From: an uncultured Gammaproteobacteria bacterium
Lineage (GTDB): Bacteria; Pseudomonadota; Gammaproteobacteria; GCA-001735895
Direction of reading: 5' to 3'
Assembly (NCBI GenBank): GCA_963768295.1
Contig: CAVYHN010000035.1
Location: forward strand, 64,062 to 128,061
Length of the DNA stretch: 64,000 nt
A program made the translations under genes and the position numbers. The notes beneath the pieces are model-generated. The model saw only the letters and a list, made by a program, of their open reading frames with translations. It ran no database searches and was not told the origin of the DNA. Below, piece by piece: positions 30,295 through 39,372 of this stretch (position 1 is the first letter of the stretch; every line of letters starts with the position of its first letter).

Positions 30295-30326
30295 AAACCC
30301 GTCAGCGAGCGGGGTTTTTTATTTTT
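30295..30326. terminator. Imperfect rho-independent terminator between convergent FHA gene and moaB
   Basis: aaacccgtc-agc-gagcggggttt followed by a T-rich run. Confidence 0.45.
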
Positions 30327-30840
30327 CGCGCAGGCGCGGCATCAGTTCCACCAGGTTACAGGGGCGCGTGCGGTAATCGAGCTGGGTGCCGATCAACTGC
30401 GTCCAGGCGTCCTTGCAGGCGCCGGATGAACCCGGCAGACAGAACAGATAAGTGCCATTGGCGACCCCGGCGATCGCGCGTGACTGCAGCGTCGAGGTGC
30501 CGATAGTCTGGTAAGACAGGCTACGGAAGGTTTCGCCGAAGCCATCGATCACCTTGTCCAGCAATGGCGCCACCGCTTCCGGCGTGCCGTCACGACCGGT
30601 TACCCCGGTGCCGCCGGTGGTTAACACGACCTGCAGGCTTTCGTCGGCGATCCAGCGCGAGACTACCTCGCGGATGCGGTACTTGTCATCCGGCACAATC
30701 GTCTTTTCCGCGAGCCGGTGCCCGGCCTCGGTGAGATAGCGCACCAGCAGCGGGCCCGACTTGTCGCTGGATTCATCGCGACTGTCCGACACCGTCAGCA
30801 CCGCAATATCGAGCGGGATAAATTCGCGATCCTCGCTCAC
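30319..30840 (-). CDS. moaB: Molybdenum cofactor biosynthesis protein B
   Basis: IAVLTVSDSR, TTGGTGVTGRDGTPEA, LPGSSGAC, RPCNLVE. Confidence 0.95.
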   Translation of the reverse strand: MSEDREFIPLDIAVLTVSDSRDESSDKSGPLLVRYLTEAGHRLAEKTIVPDDKYRIREVVSRWIADESLQVVLTTGGTGVTGRDGTPEAVAPLLDKVIDGFGETFRSLSYQTIGTSTLQSRAIAGVANGTYLFCLPGSSGACKDAWTQLIGTQLDYRTRPCNLVELMPRLREK

Positions 30841-30845
30841 TGGAG

Positions 30846-31046
30846 TCAGTACCTGATTTCGTCTTCGATCGACAGGGCGTCATCGATCAAATCGCATTCG
30901 AGCGTTATCTTTACCCGCACCGGGTTTCCATCCAGTCGACCTTCGCCATTGGCAAGGTCGATAGCGCGTTCGATTTCGCGTTGCGAAGTGATACCCACTT
31001 TTTTCAGAAACTTGCGGATCGACATGTTCAGCGCTTCTTCGTCCAT
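30846..31046 (-). CDS. DUF6494-like small protein
   Basis: MDEEALNMSIRKFLKKVGITSQREIE motif; GAGG RBS. Confidence 0.7.
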   Translation of the reverse strand: MDEEALNMSIRKFLKKVGITSQREIERAIDLANGEGRLDGNPVRVKITLECDLIDDALSIEDEIRY

Positions 31047-31181
31047 TGCGTCCTCTTCGAAATGATATTGGAATAAGTCATGTATTTTACCCGTTTTACC
31101 GGATCGCCCCAACGAATATTCGACGCGACCCACCGCAAGTTGATAAACTGCGCTACCCGATTTCTATCCAAAGAAAATAAA

Positions 31182-31775
31182 ATGAGTATCTCGGCCGAAG
31201 ATATTACCGCGGTTATCCTCGCCGGCGGTCAGGGCCGCCGCATGGGCGGTCAGGACAAGGGGTTGCTTGAGTTCAACGGTGCGCCGCTGATCGAGATTCT
31301 GATCAAGTCACTCGAGCGCCAGGCGGTTGCTATCGTCATCAATGCAAACCGCAATCTGGATCGATACCAGGCTTTCGGCCTGCCGGTGGTTAGCGACCGG
31401 CTCGAGGACTACCAGGGACCGCTGGCCGGGTTTGCCAGCGCCATGGGCTCGGTCGATAGCGCTTTCATCCTGACCTTACCCTGCGACGGGCCGCTGCTTG
31501 CGGCGGATTACGTTGCCCGTTTCGTCACCAGCCAGCAACAGTCCGGCGCGCCCATCTGCGTTGCTTTCGATGGAGAACGGCTGCAGCCGGTGCACGCGCT
31601 GATCAGGGTCGATTTACTGGCAAGTCTGAATCGATTCCTCGATAGCGGCGAACGCAAGATCGATCGCTGGTATGCGTTACACGACTACGCGCAGACCGAT
31701 TTCTCCGACTGCAGCGACATGTTCCGCAATATCAACACCCCGTTGGATCAGCAATCACTGCAGGCGGAGCTATGA
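31182..31775 (+). CDS. mobA: Molybdenum cofactor guanylyltransferase MobA
   Basis: ILAGGQGRRMGGQDKG, GPLAG, PCDGP, FRNINTP. Confidence 0.95.
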   Translation: MSISAEDITAVILAGGQGRRMGGQDKGLLEFNGAPLIEILIKSLERQAVAIVINANRNLDRYQAFGLPVVSDRLEDYQGPLAGFASAMGSVDSAFILTLPCDGPLLAADYVARFVTSQQQSGAPICVAFDGERLQPVHALIRVDLLASLNRFLDSGERKIDRWYALHDYAQTDFSDCSDMFRNINTPLDQQSLQAEL

Positions 31776-32293
31776 ACATATCAATTCCCATCCTCGGATT
31801 CAGTGCCTGGAGCGGCACCGGCAAGACGACCCTGTTGCGGCAGCTGATTCCGGCGCTCAAGGCGCGCGGCTTGCGGGTTTCCGTGGTCAAGCACGCGCAC
31901 CATCATTTCGATCTCGATTTTCCAGGCAAGGATAGCTACGAACTGCGCAAAGCCGGCGCCGACCAGACCGTCATCTGCACCACCACGCGCATGGCGATGG
32001 TTACCGAGTTCGATGCCCCTGAGGACGAGCCCGATCTGCAGCAAATCATCGACTCGCTCGATACCGAGCGCGTCGACATGATCCTGGTTGAAGGTTACAA
32101 GGACATCAAGTTCCCCAAGATCGAGCTGCATCGCGCCGAACTCGGCAAGCCCTACCTGTACATCGGGGATGACTCGGTCATCGCGCTTGCCTGCGACGGC
32201 CAGCCTCCCGACGGAATTCGAATTCCGGTACTCGATATCAACGATGCCGAGGCAATTGCACGCTTTATCTACGAAGAATTCTTCGGCGCTTAG
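31772..32293 (+). CDS. mobB: Molybdopterin-guanine dinucleotide biosynthesis protein B
   Basis: SGTGKTTL, KHAHHHFDLD..GKDSY, LVEGYK. Confidence 0.93.
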   Translation: MNISIPILGFSAWSGTGKTTLLRQLIPALKARGLRVSVVKHAHHHFDLDFPGKDSYELRKAGADQTVICTTTRMAMVTEFDAPEDEPDLQQIIDSLDTERVDMILVEGYKDIKFPKIELHRAELGKPYLYIGDDSVIALACDGQPPDGIRIPVLDINDAEAIARFIYEEFFGA

Positions 32294-32430
32294 CCAGGCT
32301 TCAGTCGCGCAGCCGCAGTTGGGTCAGCCGGTTGACGTTAACCGGGCAATCGAGCGGGACGAGACCGAGACAATGCGCAACTGTGGAAAATTGATGAACG
32401 GAAACCGGGGCCTGTCCCGGCGGTAGAATA

Positions 32431-33174
32431 TCAGGCCTTGCCGCAAGCCGGGCAATCAGGGTTTTTCGGTAACGTGACCGATTGCCATGCCATCGCGTAG
32501 GCATCGAATAACAGCAGGCGGTTAACCAGCGCTTCGCCCTGCCCGGCCAGAATCAGCAGGGTTTGCACTGCCTGCATGGCGCCGATCACGCCGACCACCG
32601 GTCCCAGCACGCCTTCGAGTTCGCAGGATTCCTCGGCACCGTAAGCATGCGTATAAAGGCATTGATAGCAGGCGCTGTTGGCCGCCGGCTGGTAATTCAT
32701 GATCTGCCCTTCCAGCCGGATAGCGGCGCCCGTCACCAGCGGGGTGGCGGTTTCGACACAGGTTCTGTTGTTGTCAAACCGGGTCGGGTAATTGTCGCTG
32801 CAGTCGAGCACGATATCGACGGATTTGACGACTCCCGTCAACTCGGCGGCGTCCATCTGGTAGGAAATCACGTCGACTTCACAGTCCGGGTTCAACGCCT
32901 TGACAGTTTGACGACCTGACTCCACCTTGTCTTCGCCGACAGCGTCGTTGCGATGAATGATTTGACGCTGCAGGTTCGAAGTTTCGACGATGTCGTAGTC
33001 GCTCAGGACCAGCTTGCCGATGCCGGCAGCGGCCAGGTACATCGCCGCGGGCGAGCCGAGTCCGCCGACGCCAACGATCAACGCGCTCGCGTCGAGAATT
33101 GCCTGCTGCCCTTCTTCACCGATCTGGGGCAGGCGAATATGGCGCGCAAAACGATCTTTTTGCGACTGCTTCAC
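32431..33174 (-). CDS. moeB: MoeB/ThiF family adenylyltransferase
   Basis: RFARHIRLPQIG, GVGGLG, SNLQRQ, CYQC, ESCELEGV, CPAC. Confidence 0.88.
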   Translation of the reverse strand: MKQSQKDRFARHIRLPQIGEEGQQAILDASALIVGVGGLGSPAAMYLAAAGIGKLVLSDYDIVETSNLQRQIIHRNDAVGEDKVESGRQTVKALNPDCEVDVISYQMDAAELTGVVKSVDIVLDCSDNYPTRFDNNRTCVETATPLVTGAAIRLEGQIMNYQPAANSACYQCLYTHAYGAEESCELEGVLGPVVGVIGAMQAVQTLLILAGQGEALVNRLLLFDAYAMAWQSVTLPKNPDCPACGKA

Positions 33175-33500
33175 CCGCCGCCCTTGTGAAAATATTGATG
33201 AAACCGGTGAAAAAAAGCGTCGCGCAGCGAAGCCTCGGTATCGGTGAAACTGAATTTCACATCGAGCACCGGCAGATTGAACAGACCCAGCTTGCGCGGC
33301 GGCATCTCGGCCACCTTGATTTCGAGTTCGAAGGTAGCGCCGTCGAGCAAGACCCGCCAGTGATGGCGCGCAAGTTCAGCCGCATTGAAGTCGGAGCGAT
33401 CACCGCTGAACGGGCCCAGCAACACCTTGCCGAACTCGTCGGCGCCATAGCCCATTTCGTATTCGACCAGGCTCGATTGCTGGGTGGAATCAGCGTTCAC
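33171..33500 (-). CDS. Small hypothetical protein of aor operons (AorE-like), ending in -KGGG
   Basis: Fifth gene of the aor cluster; EMGY..EF..F..YFHKGGG; stop overlaps moeB start (GTGA). GTG start at 33500 uncertain. Confidence 0.65.
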   Translation of the reverse strand: MNADSTQQSSLVEYEMGYGADEFGKVLLGPFSGDRSDFNAAELARHHWRVLLDGATFELEIKVAEMPPRKLGLFNLPVLDVKFSFTDTEASLRDAFFHRFHQYFHKGGG

Positions 33501-33519
33501 GGGTTGCGGAAATCCCGCC

Positions 33520-33774
33520 TCACCCACCGGCGACTGGCGGCCAGATCGAGACCACGTCGCCCTCGACCAGTTTGCGCTGGTGGCGGTCTTCACCGCAATT
33601 GACAAACAGGCCGTTGACCAGGACCAGGTGAGCCTGATCTTCAGATATGTTGTACTGCCGGATCAGGTTGCTCAGGGTAATGCCGTCCTCAACCTTGACC
33701 TCGCGTCTGAAACGACTCTTGCCGGGCGGCAGGTACTTCATCAACGAAGCGTAAAACTCGATGTTGATGTTCAT
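33520..33774 (-). CDS. MoaD/ThiS family sulfur carrier of the aor operon (AorD-like)
   Basis: 84 aa beta-grasp pattern; LVLVNG..L.EGDVVSIWPPVAGG. Confidence 0.88.
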   Translation of the reverse strand: MNINIEFYASLMKYLPPGKSRFRREVKVEDGITLSNLIRQYNISEDQAHLVLVNGLFVNCGEDRHQRKLVEGDVVSIWPPVAGG

Positions 33775-33780
33775 GCGGGT

Positions 33781-35035
33781 TTACTGATACGAAAGTTCCT
33801 GCGTGCAGGCAACGTAAGCTTCCATGATCGCGGTCGGATCCCGTAATAGCCGGCCTTTCCATTCCCCGAGATGAATTTTCGATTCGATCAGGCCGCGTAA
33901 CACCCCGACATGCTGGGTTTTGCCGACGCTGCTGGCGCCGACCAGGTGATCGCCGTCGAACTGCAGGTTGATGTACTGGAATTCGTCCGGATTATAGAGC
34001 TCTGCGCTGTCACCGCCGTCGACACCCATCCACAGACCGAAGGAACAGGAAACAAGGCCCACCGTATCGAGCACGTTCATGTTCAGCGTACCGTGATGTT
34101 CATCGCCGTGCCCGGCCATGTTGAGCGCCGCGATGCGCCCGTGATCGGTCGCCGTCGGCTGGATCGCCTGCACCTCGAAGTTGCCGGTGGAAAAGTCGAC
34201 ACCCTGGGCAACGTCGCCGGCGGCATAAACATCGGGGTTGCTGGTCTGCATCCGCCGATTTACCAGGATACCCTGGTCGACGTTGATATCACTGCCTTCC
34301 AGCAGATCCGTATTCGCCTTGACCCCGGTCGCGGTAATCACCAAAGCCGCATTGAGCTTGCTGCCGTCGCTCAGGGAGACATCTACCTGGCCGTCCCCGG
34401 CATCGACTGACCGCGTCAACGCTACAGGAAGTATGCACATCGATACCCTTGTTTTTACACCAGGTTTCAAGCAAGCCGCCCGCCTTGTCGTCGAGCATGC
34501 GCGGAACCATGCGGTTACCGGTCTCGACCACCGCCAGATTCACACCGCGCTTGACCAGCGCCTCGAGAATGATGCAGCCGATGAAACCGGCGCCGATCAA
34601 GACCACGTTGGAACCGGATTGCGCCAGCTTGATGATGTTGCGCGCATCCTCGAGCGTCCAGCAGGAATGAACCTGTGGCAGGTCCAGCCCCGGAATCGGC
34701 GGGCTGATCGGGTGGGAGCCTGTCGCCAGTAGCAGCTTGTCATAGCTGCGGTTGCTGCCGTCGGCGAGCGTCACGCTTTTACCCCTGGTATCGATTTTAT
34801 CGGCCCGCTGCTGCACTAATTCGATCTTGAGCGCAGCGAAATGCTTTGCCGGATCACGCAGGTAGGTGCCGGATTCGTCGATGTTGTTGATCAGGTAATA
34901 GGGAATCGCCATGCGTGAATAAGGTGGCTCGGGTTCATCCCCGATAATGGCGATAGCGGAATCGGGATCAGTCTTGCGCAGGGTCTCGGCGGCAATGACG
35001 CCGGCGGGGCCTGCACCAATAATAAGATATTGCAT
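33781..35035 (-). CDS. FAD/NAD-dependent oxidoreductase subunit of AOR (AorC-like), frameshift near 34405
   Basis: IIGAGPAG, LLLATGS and IGAGFIG in ORF 34289..35044; TSNPDVYAAGD in ORF 33781..34470. One extra base joins them. Confidence 0.85.
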
Positions 35036-35037
35036 CA

Positions 35038-35179
35038 AGAGCACCTCTAAAAATTATCTTTATCCGAGATTGCGGCGTCAGCTCCGTGCTCAAACCTCGT
35101 TTACTCGCATTTAAACTGCAGTTTTGCACGCGGTGCTTCATTGCACTCGCGAAAAAACCTGGATTTTTAGAGGCACTCT
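35038..35179. mobile_element. MITE-like element, 142 bp, with 16-bp imperfect terminal inverted repeats
   Basis: Left agagcacctctaaaaa and right tttttagaggcactct (14/16 complementary); internal gtttac..taaac dyad; no coding capacity. Confidence 0.6.
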
Positions 35180-35208
35180 ACAGTTCCTCCCCTAAAAATA
35201 TGACGGAT

Positions 35209-35236
35209 CCTCGAGCACAGCCTGTTGTGCTCGAGG
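35209..35236. other. Intercistronic stem-loop after aorB
   Basis: cctcgagcaca-gcctgt-tgtgctcgagg, 11-bp perfect stem. Confidence 0.6.
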
Positions 35237-35249
35237 GGGTCGCTTTAGC

Positions 35250-37100
35250 TTAAAGCGAAAGCCGCTGACGGGTTTCGTCCGGAATCTTGCCGTCCGCGGT
35301 CCAGCCCCTGGCTTCGTAGTACTTGGGCAGCATTTCGCCGAGTCGGTTCACCTGCCCTTGCGTTGGTCCAGCCTTGATGACTTCTTCCAACAGCCGCTTC
35401 GGCAGCTTGTCGTCATCGGCAGTGAAACCGGCCGCCTCGTTGAACAGGCGCTCCATATTCCAGATCCGCTCGCCGGTTTCGAGGCAGTTCTCGACACTCC
35501 AGTCGCCTTCGCAGGCGGCGTCGATCTGCGGCGCTATGTTGTCCATGCCCCAGGCAAACGTGGTAAAGACGCACAGGCCAGCCGAATCAACCAGTGCGGT
35601 CGCATCCTGGAAGGCCTTGACCAGCTCGGCCTTGCCGTCGGTATCGTTCATTTCGGTCTTGACCGGAATGCCCAGCACTTCGGAGGCAATGGTATATCCG
35701 CGCAGGTGGCAGGCACCCCGGTTGGAGGTTGCATAGGCGAGACCAATACCCTGGATGCCGCGCGGATCGTAGGCCGGGAATTCCTGACCCTTGACCGTCA
35801 TCGACAGTTCCGGACGCTTGTACTTTTCGCACAGGCGCTTCGATCCAAGCCCCAGATCCCTGGCAAAACCTTCGCCGGTAACGAATTGCTCGGTGACCGC
35901 GACAAACGCTTCCGCGCTACCGAACTTGAGTTCGATGCCGCCAGTTTCCTTGGTGCCGATGGTGCCGTCTTCGAACATTTCCATCGCGGCGGCAACTGTG
36001 GCGCCGTAAGTGATCGGATCCATACCGTCTTCATTGCAGAGGAAGTTTACATAGGTCAGGGCATCGAGGTCGTCGACGCCGGTGTCGGCGCCCAGCGCCC
36101 ATGCGGCTTCATACTCGAGTCCGCCCGATGCGCCCTGGTACTGCGGCTTGTCCTTGACCGAGAAATGCGTCGGATCGACCGTGGAAATGCGGCCACAGGC
36201 AATGGTGCAGCCAAAACACGCGCCGTTGGTGGTCAGATTTGCCTTGCCGTCGCTTTTGCGCGGCTCGGCCATCGCTTCGGCCGATATATTTTCGGCACCC
36301 GCGAAGCCGACGTCGCGCATATTATGCGCCGGCAGGGCACCGACACCGTTGATGACGTTCATCAGTACCTGCGTGCCAAAAGCTGGCAGTCCCTGGCCGG
36401 TGACCGCGTTGTCGGCAAGTACCGCCTTGCCGTCGTTGGTTGCCGACACAAATGCCTCGGCATCGTTGACATTGCCAATACCCTGAGTGCCGCGTACCGC
36501 GACGGCTTTCAGGTTTTTTGAAGCCATCACGGTGCCGACCCCGGAGCGTCCGGCGGCACGATGCTTGTCGTTCATTACCGCCGAGTAGAGGCAGCCGTGT
36601 TCGGCGGTGCGACCGATGCAGGCGACACGCATCTGCGGTTCCTGGTAGGTGGCGTGGAGGATATCGTCGGTCTCCCAGGCTGATTTGCCCCACAGTTGCT
36701 CGGCCGAGTGCAATGCGGCCTTGTCATCCTGGATCAGCAGGTAAACCGGCTTGTCCGACTTGCCCTCGAAGATGATCATATCCCAGCCGGCAAATTTCAG
36801 CTCGGCGCCGAAAAATCCGCCCGAGTTGGAGCAGGCTATTGCACCGGTCAACGGGCTTTTGCAAATGACCGAGTAACGACCACCGGTGGAAGCCATGGTG
36901 CCGGTCAGCGGACCGGTAGCCATGATCATCTTGTTGTCAGGACCGAGTGCATCGCATTTCGGATCGACTTCTTCGGTCAGGTATTTTGACGCCAGTCCTC
37001 GCTGGCCCAGGTATTGTGCCGCCCATTCCATGTTAAGCGGTTCGGAAGTACAGCTACCTTTAGAGAGATTTACCCTCAGAATTTTTCTTGTCCAGGACAT
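35250..37100 (-). CDS. Tungsten-dependent aldehyde:ferredoxin oxidoreductase catalytic subunit (AorB-like)
   Basis: KILRVNLS, KSPLTG..SNSGG, AAGRSGVG..SKNLKAVAVRG, CFGCTIACGR, EYE, GMDPI, RGACHL, YYEARGW. Confidence 0.93.
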   Translation of the reverse strand: MSWTRKILRVNLSKGSCTSEPLNMEWAAQYLGQRGLASKYLTEEVDPKCDALGPDNKMIMATGPLTGTMASTGGRYSVICKSPLTGAIACSNSGGFFGAELKFAGWDMIIFEGKSDKPVYLLIQDDKAALHSAEQLWGKSAWETDDILHATYQEPQMRVACIGRTAEHGCLYSAVMNDKHRAAGRSGVGTVMASKNLKAVAVRGTQGIGNVNDAEAFVSATNDGKAVLADNAVTGQGLPAFGTQVLMNVINGVGALPAHNMRDVGFAGAENISAEAMAEPRKSDGKANLTTNGACFGCTIACGRISTVDPTHFSVKDKPQYQGASGGLEYEAAWALGADTGVDDLDALTYVNFLCNEDGMDPITYGATVAAAMEMFEDGTIGTKETGGIELKFGSAEAFVAVTEQFVTGEGFARDLGLGSKRLCEKYKRPELSMTVKGQEFPAYDPRGIQGIGLAYATSNRGACHLRGYTIASEVLGIPVKTEMNDTDGKAELVKAFQDATALVDSAGLCVFTTFAWGMDNIAPQIDAACEGDWSVENCLETGERIWNMERLFNEAAGFTADDDKLPKRLLEEVIKAGPTQGQVNRLGEMLPKYYEARGWTADGKIPDETRQRLSL

Positions 37101-37118
37101 GATTTGTCACCCCCATTA

Positions 37119-37598
37119 TTAAGTGGTCGCTTCGGCGGACGGCAGGCTCTTGGCTGCCGAGGCTAGCATGCGGTCGTAACCGGTCCAGTCTGCGTCTACG
37201 TAGGTAATCGCATCCGTCGGACAGGCTGCCGCGCACTGCGGGTCGCCGCCACAAAGATCGCACTTGACGACCTTGCCGGTTGCCTGCGAGTAATTGATGG
37301 TGCCGAACGGGCAGGCGATGGTGCAAACCTTGCAGCCGACACACTTGTCGTCGGAGACAACCTTGGCACCGGTTGCCAGGTCGACGCTGATCGCATCGAC
37401 CGGACAGGCGCGCATACACCAGGCCTCGTCGCACTGGGTGCAGGTATAGGGCGCAAATCTCCCCTCGTGATGGAACGTGAAAACCTTGATATAGGAACGT
37501 GACGGGTTAAAGGTCCCGGTGTGCTCGTAAGAGCAGGCCATTTCGCACTGCAGACAGCCGGTACACTTTCCCGGGTCGATGTTGAGGGATTTCTGCAT
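37119..37598 (-). CDS. 4x[4Fe-4S] polyferredoxin subunit of AOR (AorA-like)
   Basis: CTGCLQCEMAC, CTQCDEAWC, CVGCKVCTIACP, CDLCGGDPQC; GGAGG RBS. Confidence 0.9.
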   Translation of the reverse strand: MQKSLNIDPGKCTGCLQCEMACSYEHTGTFNPSRSYIKVFTFHHEGRFAPYTCTQCDEAWCMRACPVDAISVDLATGAKVVSDDKCVGCKVCTIACPFGTINYSQATGKVVKCDLCGGDPQCAAACPTDAITYVDADWTGYDRMLASAAKSLPSAEATT

Positions 37599-37842
37599 TG
37601 TATCCTCCGATTGTGTCTTTATTATCATTCCGCGGGACAACTGCGCTTTTATCCAGATGGAACGTCTCAGGTCAAGGCGTAAAAATACCACTGTCGCCGG
37701 AGCATTTATAGCCCCAAACACCAATTTTAATCAGCTTTCCCGTCGCAGCGGCATTTCCGACCAAAAAATGTAGCCTTACCCCTACCAATTTGGCTTCTTC
37801 TATGCCTCAATTGAGGACTTATGTGGAGCAAACCTGTTTTTA

Positions 37843-39111
37843 ATGACCGATAAAATCTCTTCCGATCCAAGCTGCGCCGACCCTTTCGATCCCGGCTCGA
37901 TCAGCCTGTTCGAGGCCCTCGATCGTATCGAGCAGCGCGTCCTGCCGGTTCATGCCTGCGAGCGGTTACCGCTTCGGGAATGCCTGAACCGGGTTAATAA
38001 CGAAGCCGTCACCTCGCCGCACAATGTACCGCCGTTGCCGAATTCGGCGATGGACGGCTTTGCCGTGGCCATCGACAGCCTCGAACAGGACGGCGTGACC
38101 GAGCTGGAAGCAATCGGCACGGCCTACGCCGGCAATCCCTTCAGCGGTAGCTGCGCGCACGGTCAGTGCGTGCGCATCATGACCGGGGCGTTGATTCCCG
38201 AGGGCGCCGATGCAGTCATCATGCAGGAGCAGGCCGAGACCAGCGACGCGGGCAAGATCAGGATCGATTTCGATCACCGCGTCGGCGAAAATATCCGCCA
38301 GGCCGGTGAAGACATCAAACAGGGAGAAACAGTCATCGAGGCCGGCGTCAGGTTGAGTCCGGCCGACCTCGGTGTGCTGGCCTCGCTCGGTCTCGGCCAG
38401 CTGCAGGTGAAGCGCAAGCCGGTGGTGGCTTTCTTTTCCACCGGCGATGAACTGGTTGCGGTTGGTGAACCGCTGGAGCCGGGCAAGATTTACGACAGCA
38501 ATCGCTATAGCCTGCACGGCATGCTGTCGCTGCTGCCGGTCGACATTATCGATCTCGGCGTGGTGCGCGATGACCTCGAGAGCATGCGCGAGGTGCTGAC
38601 GCGCGCCTCGACGCAGGCGGACCTGATCATCAGCACCGGCGGGGTTTCGGTCGGCGAGGCCGACTTCATCAAACCGGCACTGGCAGAACTCGGCACTACC
38701 GAGTTCTGGAAAATCGCGATCAAGCCTGGGCGCCCCCTGACCTTCGGCCAGATCGGCGCCAGTATATTCATGGGACTGCCAGGCAACCCGGTTGCGGTGA
38801 TGGTGACTTTCAGCCAGTTCGTGATGCCGGCGATCGAAGTATTGTCCGGGGCCAGGCTGCGCCGTCCCGCGCTGTTTCACGCGCGTGCGCTCGAAGCGAT
38901 GCGCAAAAAGCCGGGGCGCTACGAATTTCAGCGCGGTTTCGCCACACTCGATGAAAACGACCGGTGGCAAGTGGCCAAAACCGGCAAACAGGGTTCCGGC
39001 ATTCTGACCTCGATGAGCCGGGCCAACTGCTTTATCGTGTTACCCGATGACAACGCAGGCGTCGAAGCTGGCGACGAAGTCAGCATCCAGTTCTTCAACT
39101 GGTCGCATTAG
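37843..39111 (+). CDS. moeA: Molybdopterin molybdo/tungstotransferase MoeA
   Basis: SAMDGFA, RIMTGA, STGDEL, STGGVSVG, IKPGRP, LPGNPV. Confidence 0.95.
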   Translation: MTDKISSDPSCADPFDPGSISLFEALDRIEQRVLPVHACERLPLRECLNRVNNEAVTSPHNVPPLPNSAMDGFAVAIDSLEQDGVTELEAIGTAYAGNPFSGSCAHGQCVRIMTGALIPEGADAVIMQEQAETSDAGKIRIDFDHRVGENIRQAGEDIKQGETVIEAGVRLSPADLGVLASLGLGQLQVKRKPVVAFFSTGDELVAVGEPLEPGKIYDSNRYSLHGMLSLLPVDIIDLGVVRDDLESMREVLTRASTQADLIISTGGVSVGEADFIKPALAELGTTEFWKIAIKPGRPLTFGQIGASIFMGLPGNPVAVMVTFSQFVMPAIEVLSGARLRRPALFHARALEAMRKKPGRYEFQRGFATLDENDRWQVAKTGKQGSGILTSMSRANCFIVLPDDNAGVEAGDEVSIQFFNWSH

Positions 39112-39113
39112 CC

Positions 39114-39368
39114 ATGGCCAACGTTCTTTACTTCGCCAGTCTCGCCGAGATCCTTGGCACCAAAGCCGAACAAATCGATCTGCCGTCCGACTGCAGAACC
39201 ATTCCCGACCTGATCGCGCTGCTGCGCGCCCGCGGCGAACCCTTCGCCAGCGCCTTCGACAGCAACACCCGGATTCTGGTCGCCATCAACCAGGAAATGA
39301 GCGAACCCACGGCCGCAATCAACGCTAGTGACGAAATCGCGTTTTTTCCTCCGGTCACGGGCGGCTAA
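39114..39368 (+). CDS. moaD: Molybdopterin synthase sulfur carrier subunit
   Basis: VLYFASL, AINQE, DEIAFFPPVTGG. Confidence 0.92.
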   Translation: MANVLYFASLAEILGTKAEQIDLPSDCRTIPDLIALLRARGEPFASAFDSNTRILVAINQEMSEPTAAINASDEIAFFPPVTGG

Positions 39369-39372
39369 CTAC

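Noticed and set aside
30164-30318. Possible SRP RNA, Moco riboswitch or sRNA; also a short hydrophobic frame after the moaB stop
   Set aside because: No SRP GGAAGG/AGCAG core or recognisable riboswitch consensus. Only small hairpins, and the hydrophobic frame has no start or RBS.
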